Shown: positions 20,001-30,703, counted from the stretch's first letter. The stretch is DNA of 64,000 nt from an uncultured cyanobacterium (GCA_963744145.1 CAVUSO010000001.1:3584001-3648000); one strand, 5' to 3'. Numbers and translations: made by a program. Notes: generated by a model not told the origin, from the sequence alone.

Positions 20001-23000
20001 AAGATAATTAGCTCCTAAATTAGCATTAATAAACCCATTTGCAGTAACTTGTGGTAAAATTTGATTTTGGGAAATAGTAATATTATTAGCATTAAAGGAA
20101 GCAACTTGTAACTTTTGTCCATTCCAATTAAATGCTGTTTGTACTTGTTCGATCGCTGCATTTCCTACTTGTAAATTAGCGATATTTGCATTTCCTCCAA
20201 TCGCTAAATCAGCTAAATTAATATCAAAATTTCCAGTCAAGTTTCCCGCGACAATATCATTAACTCCATTCTGAGCAGGAGTAATTCCCGGAATTGCTGG
20301 GGGGACAATATTTGCTAATTGAATGGGGAATTGTTCGATATTTACTGCTAAATTATTTCCCTGAACTTTACCGGATGCGATCGCATCTCCCCTTTGAAGT
20401 GCAAAACTATTTAGTGCTTGTAAATTCACCCCTCTTGATAAATCTAAATTAATGGCAATTTTATCTTGTCTTCCCGTTACTTGGAAATTAACTCGATTAA
20501 GGTCTGCTGCTATTTGTCCACTTAAAACCGGATCAAACACAATATTATTAACAGCTAAACCATAAATATCCAAATTTCCATCAATTGCAGGTGATGTTAA
20601 ATTACCAGATACACGACCGTTATAATCTACCAATCCAGCAATATTAGGAACTCCAGCAATATTAACTGGTAAAGATGCAATTGTTTGTAAATTAAAATTA
20701 CTCGCTTTAACATTAAGATCGAAATTATTAATTGTTGGGACCATTCCGGTAAAAGCAGCTAACACAACCCCATTCACTTTTAAATTAGGAGCAGTAGCTT
20801 CTTGGATATCTAACCTTTCTCCATTCCATTGAAATTGTGCTGTTAAAGTCGATCCTGCAAATAAATTCAGTGCAGTGCTAATATTAGGTGAATCCAGTTG
20901 AAGATGAGTTGGTGTTCCCGTAGGAATAGCAGGAACAAAACTCAAATTTCCAGATGCTTGGATTGCGGAAGGTTGGAGAGCAGTGAGGGAAGCTCCAATT
21001 TTAATATTACTATTCAAATTACCAGCAAACTCTGGGAAAAATTGACCAGTTTGGAGGTCATTAGTCGCAACTTGAGCAACAATACGATTATCTTGTAAAC
21101 TAAAAGCACTAACATTAATTAATCCATTTTGCACTCGGACTCTTAAGTCTCCAGTAGCACCAAGTTGGGAAACATTAAAACTCTTATTAATTTGAGCAGA
21201 TAAGTTTAAATTAGCAGTAGCTGACCCTTGACGGATTGCAGCGATAATTTGCGGTTGAATTCCGGGAATTGTTTGATCTGACAATAACTGACTTAATTGG
21301 ATCGGAGCGGTATTAACCTCGGTTCGGAACAATCCATTTTTGAGATTAATTTGGGAAAGTGCTAGATTAGCACCAGCTATATTTGCTGCTACAGAACCAG
21401 TAACTTGTAAATCCGGTACTTGAAAAGATGCAGTCGTACCGCTCACATTTAATGCAAAAGCTAAAAGCTGTCCTTGTTGTAAAAGAGCAGGGATATTAAT
21501 TAGATTAATTTTGGGAAGATTCGGTGCGATCGCAGCTAAATTAAAACTAGCTAAAGGTAAATTATCACCAGTCAAAAATGTTTGCCAAATTCCCTGTTTA
21601 ATAGTACCAGAAGCATTTACCTTTCCACCAGCTAAAGCTAAAGTTCCTTCCGCGATCGCTTGAATATTTTGTAAAGATGGTGCAACTAAAGGAGCAGAAA
21701 CATTAACTCTACCACTAACAATACCTTGATTTAAAGGTAACGGTGATAATCCGGGAATTGGTTTTAAAGTAGCAAGATTAATCCCATCTCCAGATGCTAA
21801 AATTTGAACTTGATTAGGTGTCAATAAACCTTGAGCGATCGTAGTTCCACTACCCAAATTAATTTTAGCATTACGCAGACGAACAACTGTTTTATCAACA
21901 ATTAATTCTCCTGTAGTTGGGAAAAGAGCTTCATTAGCTTGGAAATTAACTACAGTTTGAACATTATCAGCAGGACCAAGAATAGTACCTTTAGCTTGAA
22001 TTTTTCCGAGGGGAACTGGTGACTTAATCCCATAACTTAGAGCGAGACTTTCTCCGGGGAGATTTCGAGCGATAAAATCTGCAACTAGGGAAGGTTTCTG
22101 ATCAAGTTTAATTTGACCATTAGCAGTAATTTCTCCCCCAGCACTAGGATTAACTAAAGCATTAATAATCGAAAAAGAAGTTCCCTTAAGTTGAAAATCA
22201 GCTTTGAGATTAGCCACATCAATTTTATCTACTTGGAGCGGACTAACATTAACTAAAGTTCCTTGTACAACTGGTGCAGCAAGTTTACCAATCACCTTCA
22301 CACTTGCTCCGACTTTTCCCAGCACAGAGACAGGTAGAGTGACTTTTAAAGTATCTAACAGATCAGGAATTGGCGCAGATTTTACCTGAGCAGTAAGATT
22401 AAAACTATCATCAATATTAATAGTACCTTGAGCTAATCCGAATACTTTGCCATAAAAAGCACTAGCATTTTCGAGGGTAATTTGTTTTCCTTTTGCTCGT
22501 AAACCACCATTAGCTTGGGTAAATTTTTGTGGTAAAGGAGTAATTTGGGCAGTTACATCTCGAAAAGTAGCAGTTCCCATTAAATTTGGTAATTCTTGGG
22601 GATGAATGGGACTAATCTCGACATTGAGATTAGCATCGATTCTACCTGCTTGTAATTCCAATGGTAGTGGAATCAATCTACTAATATCTTCAGCTTTAAG
22701 ATTATTAGCTAGAGCTAGTAATTTAATAGTCTTTGGGGGCCATAAAGGTTGTCCAGGATCACGAAGACTTTCCCCTGTCAGATTAAATGTGCCACTTTGT
22801 AAAGATTTTCCTTTAGCAGCAAATTCCAGAATTTGATCTTTGTCTTCTAAATGACTAATTTGACCAGTTACTTGGTTAAAGACAATTGGATTTTGATGTG
22901 CTAACTTTTGGACTTGAGCAGGGGGATTCTGAACGATGGTTCTAGCTCTGGGTAGTAATGCGACCGTTGCATTACTAAATTTAATCTCAGATACTTCTGT

Positions 23001-23465
23001 CTTAATTCCACTAACTTGATTCTTACCAGAACTCCGAGATTTAAACCAAGTATTATCTGGGTATTGTTCAGCATAGACGGTAGGATCGATAAAATTGAGT
23101 TTTAACTCTAGATGTCGATTCAGAATCACTTGGGTCGGGTCAAACTCTACTTCGACCGCTTTAGTCTTAGCACTATTTAAGTCCAGAGTCGTTGAGGGTA
23201 AAGCAGAAGGACCAAAACGTAAACTGGTCAAGGAAAATCTTTCTAATCGTCCAACTTGCACAGGTCGTTTCAGACTATCCGTGAGAGTTTTGTCCAGTAA
23301 AGGGACTAATTGTTCATCCAGAAATGTCTTTAACCACCAAGCACCCCCAGCGATCGCTCCGACTAAAATTAACCCAAGGGTAATGCTAGTACGGTTAAAG
23401 AGAATCAGCCATAACCGTCGATTTGTCTGAGGGGAATCACCACCGCTATTGGGGGAATTGGTCAT
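17073..23465 (-). CDS. tamB: Translocation and assembly module TamB-like protein (DUF490)
   Basis: 2130 aa with an N-terminal TM anchor, beta-rich repeats and a C-terminal ...IEYETRF. Confidence 0.9.
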   Translation of the reverse strand: MTNSPNSGGDSPQTNRRLWLILFNRTSITLGLILVGAIAGGAWWLKTFLDEQLVPLLDKTLTDSLKRPVQVGRLERFSLTSLRFGPSALPSTTLDLNSAKTKAVEVEFDPTQVILNRHLELKLNFIDPTVYAEQYPDNTWFKSRSSGKNQVSGIKTEVSEIKFSNATVALLPRARTIVQNPPAQVQKLAHQNPIVFNQVTGQISHLEDKDQILEFAAKGKSLQSGTFNLTGESLRDPGQPLWPPKTIKLLALANNLKAEDISRLIPLPLELQAGRIDANLNVEISPIHPQELPNLMGTATFRDVTAQITPLPQKFTQANGGLRAKGKQITLENASAFYGKVFGLAQGTINIDDSFNLTAQVKSAPIPDLLDTLKVTLPVSVLGKVGASVKVIGKLAAPVVQGTLVNVSPLQVDKIDVANLKADFQLKGTSFSIINALVNPSAGGEITANGQIKLDQKPSLVADFIARNLPGESLALSYGIKSPVPLGKIQAKGTILGPADNVQTVVNFQANEALFPTTGELIVDKTVVRLRNAKINLGSGTTIAQGLLTPNQVQILASGDGINLATLKPIPGLSPLPLNQGIVSGRVNVSAPLVAPSLQNIQAIAEGTLALAGGKVNASGTIKQGIWQTFLTGDNLPLASFNLAAIAPNLPKINLINIPALLQQGQLLAFALNVSGTTASFQVPDLQVTGSVAANIAGANLALSQINLKNGLFRTEVNTAPIQLSQLLSDQTIPGIQPQIIAAIRQGSATANLNLSAQINKSFNVSQLGATGDLRVRVQNGLINVSAFSLQDNRIVAQVATNDLQTGQFFPEFAGNLNSNIKIGASLTALQPSAIQASGNLSFVPAIPTGTPTHLQLDSPNISTALNLFAGSTLTAQFQWNGERLDIQEATAPNLKVNGVVLAAFTGMVPTINNFDLNVKASNFNLQTIASLPVNIAGVPNIAGLVDYNGRVSGNLTSPAIDGNLDIYGLAVNNIVFDPVLSGQIAADLNRVNFQVTGRQDKIAINLDLSRGVNLQALNSFALQRGDAIASGKVQGNNLAVNIEQFPIQLANIVPPAIPGITPAQNGVNDIVAGNLTGNFDINLADLAIGGNANIANLQVGNAAIEQVQTAFNWNGQKLQVASFNANNITISQNQILPQVTANGFINANLGANYLPQIGEFDFNIQANHLNLKQVGDVGLHLAPPNPYLAANPLSGEADFQGHIGGTLTAPSIQGNLAFANLAINQIAFDPQLSGKINASSQGIDLQIAGKQDQLVANIDLSRGLNVAAINGFKIQHGDAIATGIVQGDYLQVSLNNFALATANIALPSPVGPGLLSGNLTGNVSIKRIQSFDLAQLGATGNIAIANFRAGRFIMDNLGAQFNIVNGIASLANAQIQQGESKYSLENFRLSLAGSNPQFQGTAKVEAGQIQTVLTALQWFDISDISRGLTPPVYSNAQQIPIVEESLENLPLLSQLRRFSEIETLIQERNLAEQNNLPPLADFKGTFGGTVNFTGSLNGGIAANFDLTGSKWNWGKLNAEKVIAKGSLDNGSLTLIPVRLEDGKTLISFSGKVGVGNQSGQLRVENFPIETLRQFVDFRFIDITGNVNVTAALAGNQDNPLARGVISFPEGRLNGKPLQKASGSFSYANARLNFGADLETGGKDPIEVNGSFPYRLSFMKVFPDSDKISLNVNVKNEGLSLLNLLNNEVSWLGGKGQVQLMVGGTVLRPTVTGGAVFEDAIVKASVLPDPITGIKGKVNFTRDRLNVELLKGQFSKGEVTVKGVLPLILDLTAQDPDYDNPLTVNLNRLAMNLRGLYQGDVNGKILLKGNALVPKLSGQIILSDGQVLLSDPKMTAFAVQSSDNNGPSIQPEFNNLKLILGDRVRITRAPILEFLAAGDLSINGPLTDLQPEGTIRLKSGQVNLFTTQFSLDKDHKQTAQFFPNIGLDPVLNVSLVATVQDSQGGSRLPNPASNEVQEDVIKASGTGSETVIITARVKGQASQLLDQLRLTSSPTRSPAEIVALIGGGFINTLGRGNSTLGIANLAGSAIFGNFQNLITNATGLSEFRLFPTLIPQNQARSSSNSSTLGLAAEAGLDLSRKLSTSVLKILTAPTPLQFNLRYRLTNKLRIRGGTDFSGDSQAVIEYETRF

Positions 23466-23634
23466 ACCATACTCACTCCATCACATCAATTTTAGATTTT
23501 AGGTGTTAACTTTGGGACGATTCTGGTAATTAGGGTAATTAACCGAATTTTAGGGGATTGCGGTTAGTACCGATCGCGAAACGTTCTGAGTCCCTGTAAA
23601 ATAGGATTGGTGAAACGAAAAAAATATCTAACCC

Positions 23635-23994
23635 ATGCGAGTGTTTGTCCTCATATTTAATTCTCGAACTGATAACGAGGGAATTCATACGATTCGGATT
23701 GGTAATCGCAATCAGGTACTGATGTTTGAATCAGAAGACGACGCGATTCGCTTTGGTCTGATGCTAGAAGCTCAAGACTTCCCCAGTGCTAGCGTGGAAG
23801 CATTAGACGAGGAGGAAATCAAAGAATTTTGTCAGAGTGCAGATTACGACTGTCGCTTGATCGGTCTTGGAGAATTAACTATACCTCCAGAAACTAATGT
23901 GGATTCGACCGACTGGACACCGGAAAAAAAAGCATCCGAATTCTCTGAGTCTGAACTAGATCGAATTAAGCGTAAGCTTGAAGGACTACTGTGA
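23635..23994 (+). CDS. DUF3110 family protein
   Basis: VLIFN...EGIH..., FESEDDA.RF..MLEAQDF and RKLEGLL motifs. Confidence 0.8.
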   Translation: MRVFVLIFNSRTDNEGIHTIRIGNRNQVLMFESEDDAIRFGLMLEAQDFPSASVEALDEEEIKEFCQSADYDCRLIGLGELTIPPETNVDSTDWTPEKKASEFSESELDRIKRKLEGLL

Positions 23995-24923
23995 ATGATC
24001 CAAGTATGAACAATATTCAGGAGCGCGGGTATCTTCTCACTGAGCAGATTAACCTCAACAGTCAGAATTTAGATCAGTTAAGTTCCCTGGAGTTGGTAGA
24101 TCTGTTTAATCAAGAAGATGCCCAAGTCCTGAGCGCGATCGGGGCAGCTCGAACCCAATTAGCCCAAGCTATCGATCGTACTGCCTACGCATTAAAGCAT
24201 AATGGACGCTTATTTTATATCGGTGCTGGCACTAGCGGTCGTTTAGGAGTTTTAGACGCGGCTGAATGTCCACCAACTTTTTGTAGTCCTCCGGAAATGA
24301 TCCAAGGAATTATTGCTGGTGGTGCTGGTGCTTTAGTCCGCAGTTCTGAAGAATTAGAAGATAAATTTGCTGATGGTGCGGTCGCGATCGCTCACCATCA
24401 GATTACCCAGTTGGATGTGGTCTTGGGGATTACTGCTGGTGGTACTACACCCTATGTTCATGGTGCTTTACAAGCAGCTCGTCAACGTGGAGCAACGACT
24501 ATTTTTATGGCTTGTGTTCCCAGCGAACAAGTTAGCAGTAATGTTGATATTGATATTCGGCTATTAGTTGGACCAGAAATCCTCGCTGGTTCGACTAGAC
24601 TGAAAGCTGGAACAGTAACTAAAATGGCCCTAAATATCATCTCTACTGGGGTGATGGTCCACCTGGGCAAAGTCTATGGTAATCGCATGATTGATGTGGC
24701 TGTCACCAATCAAAAATTACACGATCGCGCAGTCCGGATCATCCAAGATTTGACCAACTTAACTCGCGAAGCTGCGTCCCAAATCCTTGAACAAAGCGAT
24801 CGCTCGGTTAAGTTAGCTTTATTAAAGCATTGGACTGGTCTAAATCAATCAGCAGCATTAACCCTATTATCTCAATCCCAAGGTAACCTTAAAAAAGCAC
24901 TATCCAGTTATCAAAGTAGATAA
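23991..24923 (+). CDS. murQ: N-acetylmuramic acid 6-phosphate etherase
   Basis: GAGTSGRLGVLDAAECPPTF and GSTRLKAGT motifs. Confidence 0.95.
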   Translation: MNDPSMNNIQERGYLLTEQINLNSQNLDQLSSLELVDLFNQEDAQVLSAIGAARTQLAQAIDRTAYALKHNGRLFYIGAGTSGRLGVLDAAECPPTFCSPPEMIQGIIAGGAGALVRSSEELEDKFADGAVAIAHHQITQLDVVLGITAGGTTPYVHGALQAARQRGATTIFMACVPSEQVSSNVDIDIRLLVGPEILAGSTRLKAGTVTKMALNIISTGVMVHLGKVYGNRMIDVAVTNQKLHDRAVRIIQDLTNLTREAASQILEQSDRSVKLALLKHWTGLNQSAALTLLSQSQGNLKKALSSYQSR

Positions 24924-24969
24924 TGGTCATTTTGCTCAACCATCTCCACTCTTTTACACTTGAATTTTT

Positions 24970-25491
24970 ATGTCTTGGGGTAAATTATTACAGCCTGATT
25001 TAGTTCTAGGAGGTTCGATCCTCAATCTGACACCGGAGATTATTCACCAATATCATCTCCAAGGATTGGTATTAGATGTGGATGAGACTCTTGTACCTCT
25101 GAGTGCTAGAGAAGTTTCCCCCCAACTACGAGAATGGATTGACCAGATGCGTCAAGTGACCACCATCTGGTTGGTCAGTAATAATATCAGTCACAATCGG
25201 ATTGGTCGGATTGCTGATTCTTTGAATTTGCCTTATCTTAGTGGTGCCCGTAAACCTTCTCGACGGAAGTTAAGTCAAGCTGTGAGTCAGATGAATTTAC
25301 CAGTAGCCCAAGTAGCTATGGTTGGCGATCGCTTGTTCACTGATGTCCTTGCGGGTAATCGTTTGGGGATGTTTACCATTCTGGTTGATCCCGTCATTAA
25401 TAATGGACAATCCCTCTCTCCATCTCCCATCCGTTCTTTGGAAATCTGGCTCTCTCAAGCTTTAGGTGCTTCCCTCACTCCACCAGAATAA
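24970..25491 (+). CDS. YqeG family HAD-IIIA phosphatase
   Basis: LDVDETL, VSNN, KP and GDRLFTDVL motifs. Confidence 0.9.
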   Translation: MSWGKLLQPDLVLGGSILNLTPEIIHQYHLQGLVLDVDETLVPLSAREVSPQLREWIDQMRQVTTIWLVSNNISHNRIGRIADSLNLPYLSGARKPSRRKLSQAVSQMNLPVAQVAMVGDRLFTDVLAGNRLGMFTILVDPVINNGQSLSPSPIRSLEIWLSQALGASLTPPE

Positions 25492-25633
25492 AACTGTCTC
25501 ATTGTTAAGTTGAGTAAATATAAAAAAAATATTAAGGATTTATTTGTTACGAAATATGTTTGCAATACTAATAATAGTTCAAATGGGGTCAGCCAATATA
25601 AAGACCCTAAACATATAAAATAAATAAAACACT

Positions 25634-25669
25634 AAACACCAGTTTCCCCTATATAGGAAACTGGTGTTT
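25634..25669. terminator. 14-bp stem-loop upstream of proB
   Basis: AAACACCAGTTTCC-N8-GGAAACTGGTGTTT. Confidence 0.55.
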
Positions 25670-25693
25670 GGCTATTGATGATCCATTCCATCC

Positions 25694-26812
25694 ATGTCCC
25701 AAAGCCAAACTATAGTTGTCAAAATCGGTACTTCCAGTCTGACCCAACCAGAAACAGGTTGTTTAGCTCTGTCCACCATTGCGTCCTTAGTGGAAACCCT
25801 GACCACCTTACGTCAACAGGGACATCAGATCATTTTAGTTTCCTCTGGTGCGGTGGGAGTAGGTTGCGCTCGTTTGGGACTAGCAGAAAGACCCCGCAGT
25901 ATTACCCTAAAACAAGCGATCGCGGCTGTGGGTCAAGGTCGATTAATTCGGGTTTATGATGACTTATTTACCACCCTCCAACAACCAATTGCCCAAGTTT
26001 TATTAACCAGAAGCGATTTAGTAGAGCGCAATCGTTACGTTAATGTCGCAAATACTTTCGGAGAACTATTACGTTTAGGAGTTATTCCCATAGTCAATGA
26101 AAATGATACCGTCGCGATCGAAGAATTAAAATTTGGCGATAATGACACCCTGTCAGCATTAGTAGCTAGTTTAGTAGAAGCTGACTGGCTATTTTTATTA
26201 ACCGATGTCGATCGTCTTTATTCTGCTGATCCCCGTTATCATCCCGACGCTAAACCCATTAGCTTAGTCAACAACATCGCTGATTTAGCCACATTACAGG
26301 TGCAAACGGGAGATTCTCGGAGTGGTTGGGGTACGGGAGGAATGACTACTAAAATTACCGCAGCGAGAATTGCGACCAGTACCGGAGTAAAAACCGTCAT
26401 TGCAGAAGGAAGAATACCCCGCAATATCGAAAAAATTCTCCAAGGAGAACCTCTAGGGACTCAATTTGAACCCCAGTCTCGCTCTTTCAATGCTCGTCAG
26501 CGCTGGATTGCTTATGGTTTGATTCCCATGGGAAAACTTTACTTAGATTCCGGTGCGGTAAAAGCAATTTGTGATGCGGGAAAATCTCTTTTAGCCGTAG
26601 GAATTACCCAAGTAGAAGGAGAGTTTCAGAGCGAAGATGCAGTACAGCTATGTAACCCTCATGGTGAGGAAATTGCTAGGGGAATTGTGAATTATAGCAG
26701 TGTGGAGTTAGCCCAAATTCGTGGACATCACTCCGAGGAAATACCTGGGATTCTGGGTTATCTCGGAGTGGAAACTGTGATTCATCGGGATAATTTGGTT
26801 TTAAGTAATTAA
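25694..26812 (+). CDS. proB: Glutamate 5-kinase
   Basis: [28 protein letters not shown] and a C-terminal PUA domain. Confidence 0.97.
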   Translation: MSQSQTIVVKIGTSSLTQPETGCLALSTIASLVETLTTLRQQGHQIILVSSGAVGVGCARLGLAERPRSITLKQAIAAVGQGRLIRVYDDLFTTLQQPIAQVLLTRSDLVERNRYVNVANTFGELLRLGVIPIVNENDTVAIEELKFGDNDTLSALVASLVEADWLFLLTDVDRLYSADPRYHPDAKPISLVNNIADLATLQVQTGDSRSGWGTGGMTTKITAARIATSTGVKTVIAEGRIPRNIEKILQGEPLGTQFEPQSRSFNARQRWIAYGLIPMGKLYLDSGAVKAICDAGKSLLAVGITQVEGEFQSEDAVQLCNPHGEEIARGIVNYSSVELAQIRGHHSEEIPGILGYLGVETVIHRDNLVLSN

Positions 26813-26827
26813 GCCAATTTAGCAGGA

Positions 26828-27943
26828 TTAGAAAATATTAAAGATCATCTCTGGTGGAACAAGATCATTACCAGCAACTAAACCGATCGAGCTAAATTTT
26901 AATCCTGGGGTCGAAATTGGTGCAGCACTTTTAAATAAATGGGAAGAAGGACTATAGGGTAAAGAGGGTTCAGGTTTAAATATGGGTTCTGATTTGGGTT
27001 GCTGAGATAACCAAGTAATACTACTTAATGCTCCAGCAACTAGTGCAGCATATCCAACATATAAATGAACTGGTTTAATTTGAAAATTTTTGGGAGGTAC
27101 GGGTTTATACCAAGAGGGGATGATATTTTTCAATGAATCAGTTGCTGGTACAGAAGCCGCCATCTTAGCACCATTTAATTCTAACGCATCTCCTAAGTGA
27201 CGGATAAAACCGCGCACATAGATGTCTTCTGGTAAAAGATCCGTGCGTCCTGTTTCCAGAGCATCGATCATATTAGCAGGTACAAGAGTTTGTCTAGTTA
27301 GTTCGTAAATAGAGAGCGATCGAGCTTGACGGTTAATCCGAATTTCTTCACCGAGGTGACGTAAACATTGTTCCCTTTCTTTTTCTTTTTCTTTTTCTTG
27401 AGTAACCAAATCAACTGGTTTTTTATGTTCCTGAACTAGATTATTCAGTATGGCTGACCAAGTATTTGGATGGTCAGCGGGAACAACCGGCTCAGTGGGA
27501 GCATCAGTAACCCGATGGGGAAGAGAAGTAGTCTGAATATGGTGATTTCCCCAGACGAAGGAGTGGGAATGGTCTAGTTCACTGGGATGATGAGCTAGGG
27601 GATAGGTCGGTCTGGGTGGAGATTCTTCCCCAACCTGATGTCGATCGGGAATTGCTGGTGGAGTAATTGATGTTTGAGTAGGATCGGTAAACCTGGTTAA
27701 TGCGAGTTTAATTGCTTGTCTAGCTACTGATTGTAGTAAGAGTTGGGCTTCTTGAACTGCTTCTGGGAGGAGATTGTGAAAACTGACCACAGCATAATTA
27801 TAACTTTCACTACGATAAAGTTCAGTTTCGATCTGACCCAAGAGGATTTGCCATCCTTCCTGTGAAAATTCAACGGTTGTGTTACCCGCAAAACTTAAGC
27901 AGGGTGCAGATTTGATTACCATGATTGCTATTTTCTCCGTCAA
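26828..27943 (-). CDS. RodZ-like HTH membrane protein
   Basis: ALETGRTDLLPEDIYVRGFIR HTH motif followed by one TM. Start codon uncertain. Confidence 0.75.
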   Translation of the reverse strand: MTEKIAIMVIKSAPCLSFAGNTTVEFSQEGWQILLGQIETELYRSESYNYAVVSFHNLLPEAVQEAQLLLQSVARQAIKLALTRFTDPTQTSITPPAIPDRHQVGEESPPRPTYPLAHHPSELDHSHSFVWGNHHIQTTSLPHRVTDAPTEPVVPADHPNTWSAILNNLVQEHKKPVDLVTQEKEKEKEREQCLRHLGEEIRINRQARSLSIYELTRQTLVPANMIDALETGRTDLLPEDIYVRGFIRHLGDALELNGAKMAASVPATDSLKNIIPSWYKPVPPKNFQIKPVHLYVGYAALVAGALSSITWLSQQPKSEPIFKPEPSLPYSPSSHLFKSAAPISTPGLKFSSIGLVAGNDLVPPEMIFNIF

Positions 27944-28179
27944 AAGTGTGCAGCAAAAATTAACTCGACTATTAGCCCAAACAGAAATGAAAATAAATTT
28001 CTACCTCTGGGATTTAGTCCGAGAGATTTATTCCTTGAGGGTGTTAATGCAAATAATATTTGAGCTAGTTGATGACTTATTCGGCTTTTACCAACTAATT
28101 CCGGAGAAGGAAGTCAATCTGGAGCTAGAAAATCTAGCAGTAATTTAGACTGAAAAGTGTTAACTTGGGCACTGAACTC

Positions 28180-28761
28180 CTAGCTGGGACGAGTCAAACA
28201 GTAAATTAGCCACAGCGCACCGACAATCCCCAGAAAATGAGCAAAGATCGTATGAGTATTACCCAGGACAATAAACAAATCTACTGGTTGAATAAATTGA
28301 TTGAGTTGACTGGGATTAAATGCTACACCCTGTTGCGATCGCAAAGCTTTACCCAAAAGTGAGCCCGTGATGGTCTCTGCACCCAGCAAAGTTAGTAACA
28401 TTCCTGCTAAATTGCCGATCAGCGCGATCTGAACCATTTGAATGGTATCGGCTTTTTTGGGACGTTCTTCGGGATTGCTTGATCCTAGTCGCTTGGCTCT
28501 ACCCAGGTAGAAGAAAGCGCGATAAATGTTAAAATAAAGTATCAGTAAACCGAGTACAGCAAAAAGCAACCCACCTCCTGTGCCCGGGTTATTAGGATCG
28601 CTACTAGCGTTGAGAGTAGAAGCAGCAAATAATAAAATCAAACTAGCAACTACAGCTAGCACTAGCTGACCCCAAAAGCTAATCCGACCAGTCCAGCGAA
28701 ACATCCGGGCGATTCGTTGAAGTTTGACAGGAATTGGTGAGGAGTTGAATTCGTTTGACAT
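28180..28761 (-). CDS. DUF3611 family (Tic21/PIC1-like) membrane protein
   Basis: GRISFWGQL...NTHTIFAHFLG with four TM helices. Confidence 0.8.
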   Translation of the reverse strand: MSNEFNSSPIPVKLQRIARMFRWTGRISFWGQLVLAVVASLILLFAASTLNASSDPNNPGTGGGLLFAVLGLLILYFNIYRAFFYLGRAKRLGSSNPEERPKKADTIQMVQIALIGNLAGMLLTLLGAETITGSLLGKALRSQQGVAFNPSQLNQFIQPVDLFIVLGNTHTIFAHFLGIVGALWLIYCLTRPS

Positions 28762-29169
28762 ATTGATTTCCAGTTGGCACGATTTGGTATAAATCAGTAA
28801 TTTTGCCCAGCAAGTCAGAAACATTTTATACTTAACATTTCTATTGCTATACTAGGTTTTCCGCTGAAGACAGACAATTGTCTTCAGTCAACTTAATCCC
28901 AAAACATTTCCCAATTTTAATGACCGATGACCAATAAATGGCCAAATATCCTGACTGATCATAGGATCATCATCAAAGACCAATTACTAGGTTGGAAAAA
29001 TAATCCATGAATTTTTACAAGTATCTCCGGATTTGGGTATTAAGAATTGAATCGTATTATTCAGTAGTCTCTGATCAGATGTTTTAAAATCAAGAACTTG
29101 TGATCAGTCATTTTTTTACCCGATATGTGATTTTTTCTTATGGATAGTCTATCCTGCACGGTGAGCCAG

Positions 29170-29550
29170 ATGAAATTTGAGGATATTTATCAATTTTTCC
29201 GTGATCCCCCTCCCCTTTATCTCAACAAGGAATTAGCCGTGTGTTATATTCTTTCTGTTTTGGTGGGTGGAGATTCCTATGGCACGGAATTAATTGGGCG
29301 ATTAGAAAGTGAATTTCCTACTTATCGTCTTTCTGATACGGTACTTTATAGTGCCCTAAAATTCTTGGAGTCAGAAAGAGCAATTATCGGTTACTGGAAA
29401 AAAGTTGAAGGTCGTGGTCGTCCACGTCGGATGTATCAACTTCGTCCTGATTGGCGATCGCAAGCACAAGACCTAGCGACTTTATGGCATCAGTATACCC
29501 ACAGCCAACCTCAAGCAACTGGACTCGGACTTGATTCGATCGCTCGGTAG
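29170..29550 (+). CDS. pex: PadR-family regulator Pex (circadian period extender)
   Basis: ELAVCYIL, SYGTELI, RLSDTVLYSALKFLE and GRGRPRRMY motifs. Confidence 0.85.
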   Translation: MKFEDIYQFFRDPPPLYLNKELAVCYILSVLVGGDSYGTELIGRLESEFPTYRLSDTVLYSALKFLESERAIIGYWKKVEGRGRPRRMYQLRPDWRSQAQDLATLWHQYTHSQPQATGLGLDSIAR

Positions 29551-29644
29551 CCCAGCTTGATTTCCCTTGTTGTTCTTAAAAATGCCAGCTTGAATTCAGG
29601 GTGCTTTTGCTGGCCAATCCTAGTCTACCAATCTTCTATTATCA

Positions 29645-30199
29645 TTGATGAATTCGGCTATTATCTCCTCTACTTTACTCCTAACTGTTTTATTGGCAGT
29701 TGGTCTGGTTTTCTTTATTCGGGCTGCATCTAAAGATCGCACTCAACAAACTCAACTTTATTCTGAACAAACCCAAGAGCAGCTTTTGCCCCACCTAGAG
29801 CAGTATTTTACCCAAAGAGGTTATCAGATCGCCGCAGTTGATCCTGCTCAATCCCAAGTTACCTTTGCTGGGTTTGTCCGACCGAGCCGATTTCTGGCGA
29901 TATTTTTAACCATCCTAGCGATCGCTGGCACCCTTTGTCTAGCCCTAGTTTTCACCATGCTGGTGCCCAAGCTAGCCCAGTTATTTTTAGGGTTGGTATT
30001 TTTAGCCCCCTTAGCGGGAATTTTTTATTGGCAAAAAGCTGGTAGAATCGAACAAGTCTTACTTCAAGTTCAACCCTTATCTACCTTAGCCTCGATCGAA
30101 CCAACGGGTAAACCACAACCACAAAGCCTAATTACAGTTACAGCACATCGTGATGAATTAGCAGCTTTACCAGAGAATTTAGGTTTAAGAGTTCCCTAA
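29645..30199 (+). CDS. CCB1-like cofactor assembly of complex C subunit B (DUF3529)
   Basis: FFIRAASKDRT, FYWQKAGR.E and AHRDEL motifs, adjacent to pex. Confidence 0.8.
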   Translation: MMNSAIISSTLLLTVLLAVGLVFFIRAASKDRTQQTQLYSEQTQEQLLPHLEQYFTQRGYQIAAVDPAQSQVTFAGFVRPSRFLAIFLTILAIAGTLCLALVFTMLVPKLAQLFLGLVFLAPLAGIFYWQKAGRIEQVLLQVQPLSTLASIEPTGKPQPQSLITVTAHRDELAALPENLGLRVP

Positions 30200-30379
30200 T
30201 TAGAAATAATCATCTCTTCAAGAAAAACAATTAGATTTGCTGTTATTTGCAGCAAATCTAAGCAAAAAGTTTATAATACTAAATCTAGGTACTAATCGGG
30301 CCGGATGGGAGTAGATTGGCCGCCCTGCTTGAAGCCCCGCTGAATGGGAGTTTCCAGAGGGCGGTAAGCCACACCACAT

Positions 30380-30703
30380 TTAGCGGGTCTGTATAGCAAC
30401 GGCAGAATTATCTGAGGGAGTTTCGAGGATTTTTAAGCTGGGGAAAAGAAAATGGTTTTCTTCGACATATTGAGCGCCAAATAAGCCTTTTTCTGCCCAG
30501 AAGTACCGATCCGTAGTATGCTCGTTCCGTTTCACCAGCAATAGAGCTGGTGGCACAATGCCCTCAGATTTGATGAATTTTCGAGCTGCTGTGACTGGTT
30601 TATCTTCGCCGCTTTCGATGCTATATTGAGGGACGTGTTCGAGAATTCTGCGTCCTTCTTGACGACGACGGCTTTTCCGCTTGCGTCTCCTAGCCAAATT
30701 CAT
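30380..30703 (-). CDS. DUF3155 family protein
   Basis: ARRRKRKSRRRQEGRRILE...RYFWAEKGLFGAQY. Confidence 0.85.
   Translation of the reverse strand: MNLARRRKRKSRRRQEGRRILEHVPQYSIESGEDKPVTAARKFIKSEGIVPPALLLVKRNEHTTDRYFWAEKGLFGAQYVEENHFLFPSLKILETPSDNSAVAIQTR

Noticed and set aside
18181..23430. Plus-strand ORFs within tamB, and similar shadow ORFs opposite the TpsA, P450, DUF928 and ALDH genes
   Set aside because: They are antisense by-products of codon bias with no recognisable motifs.
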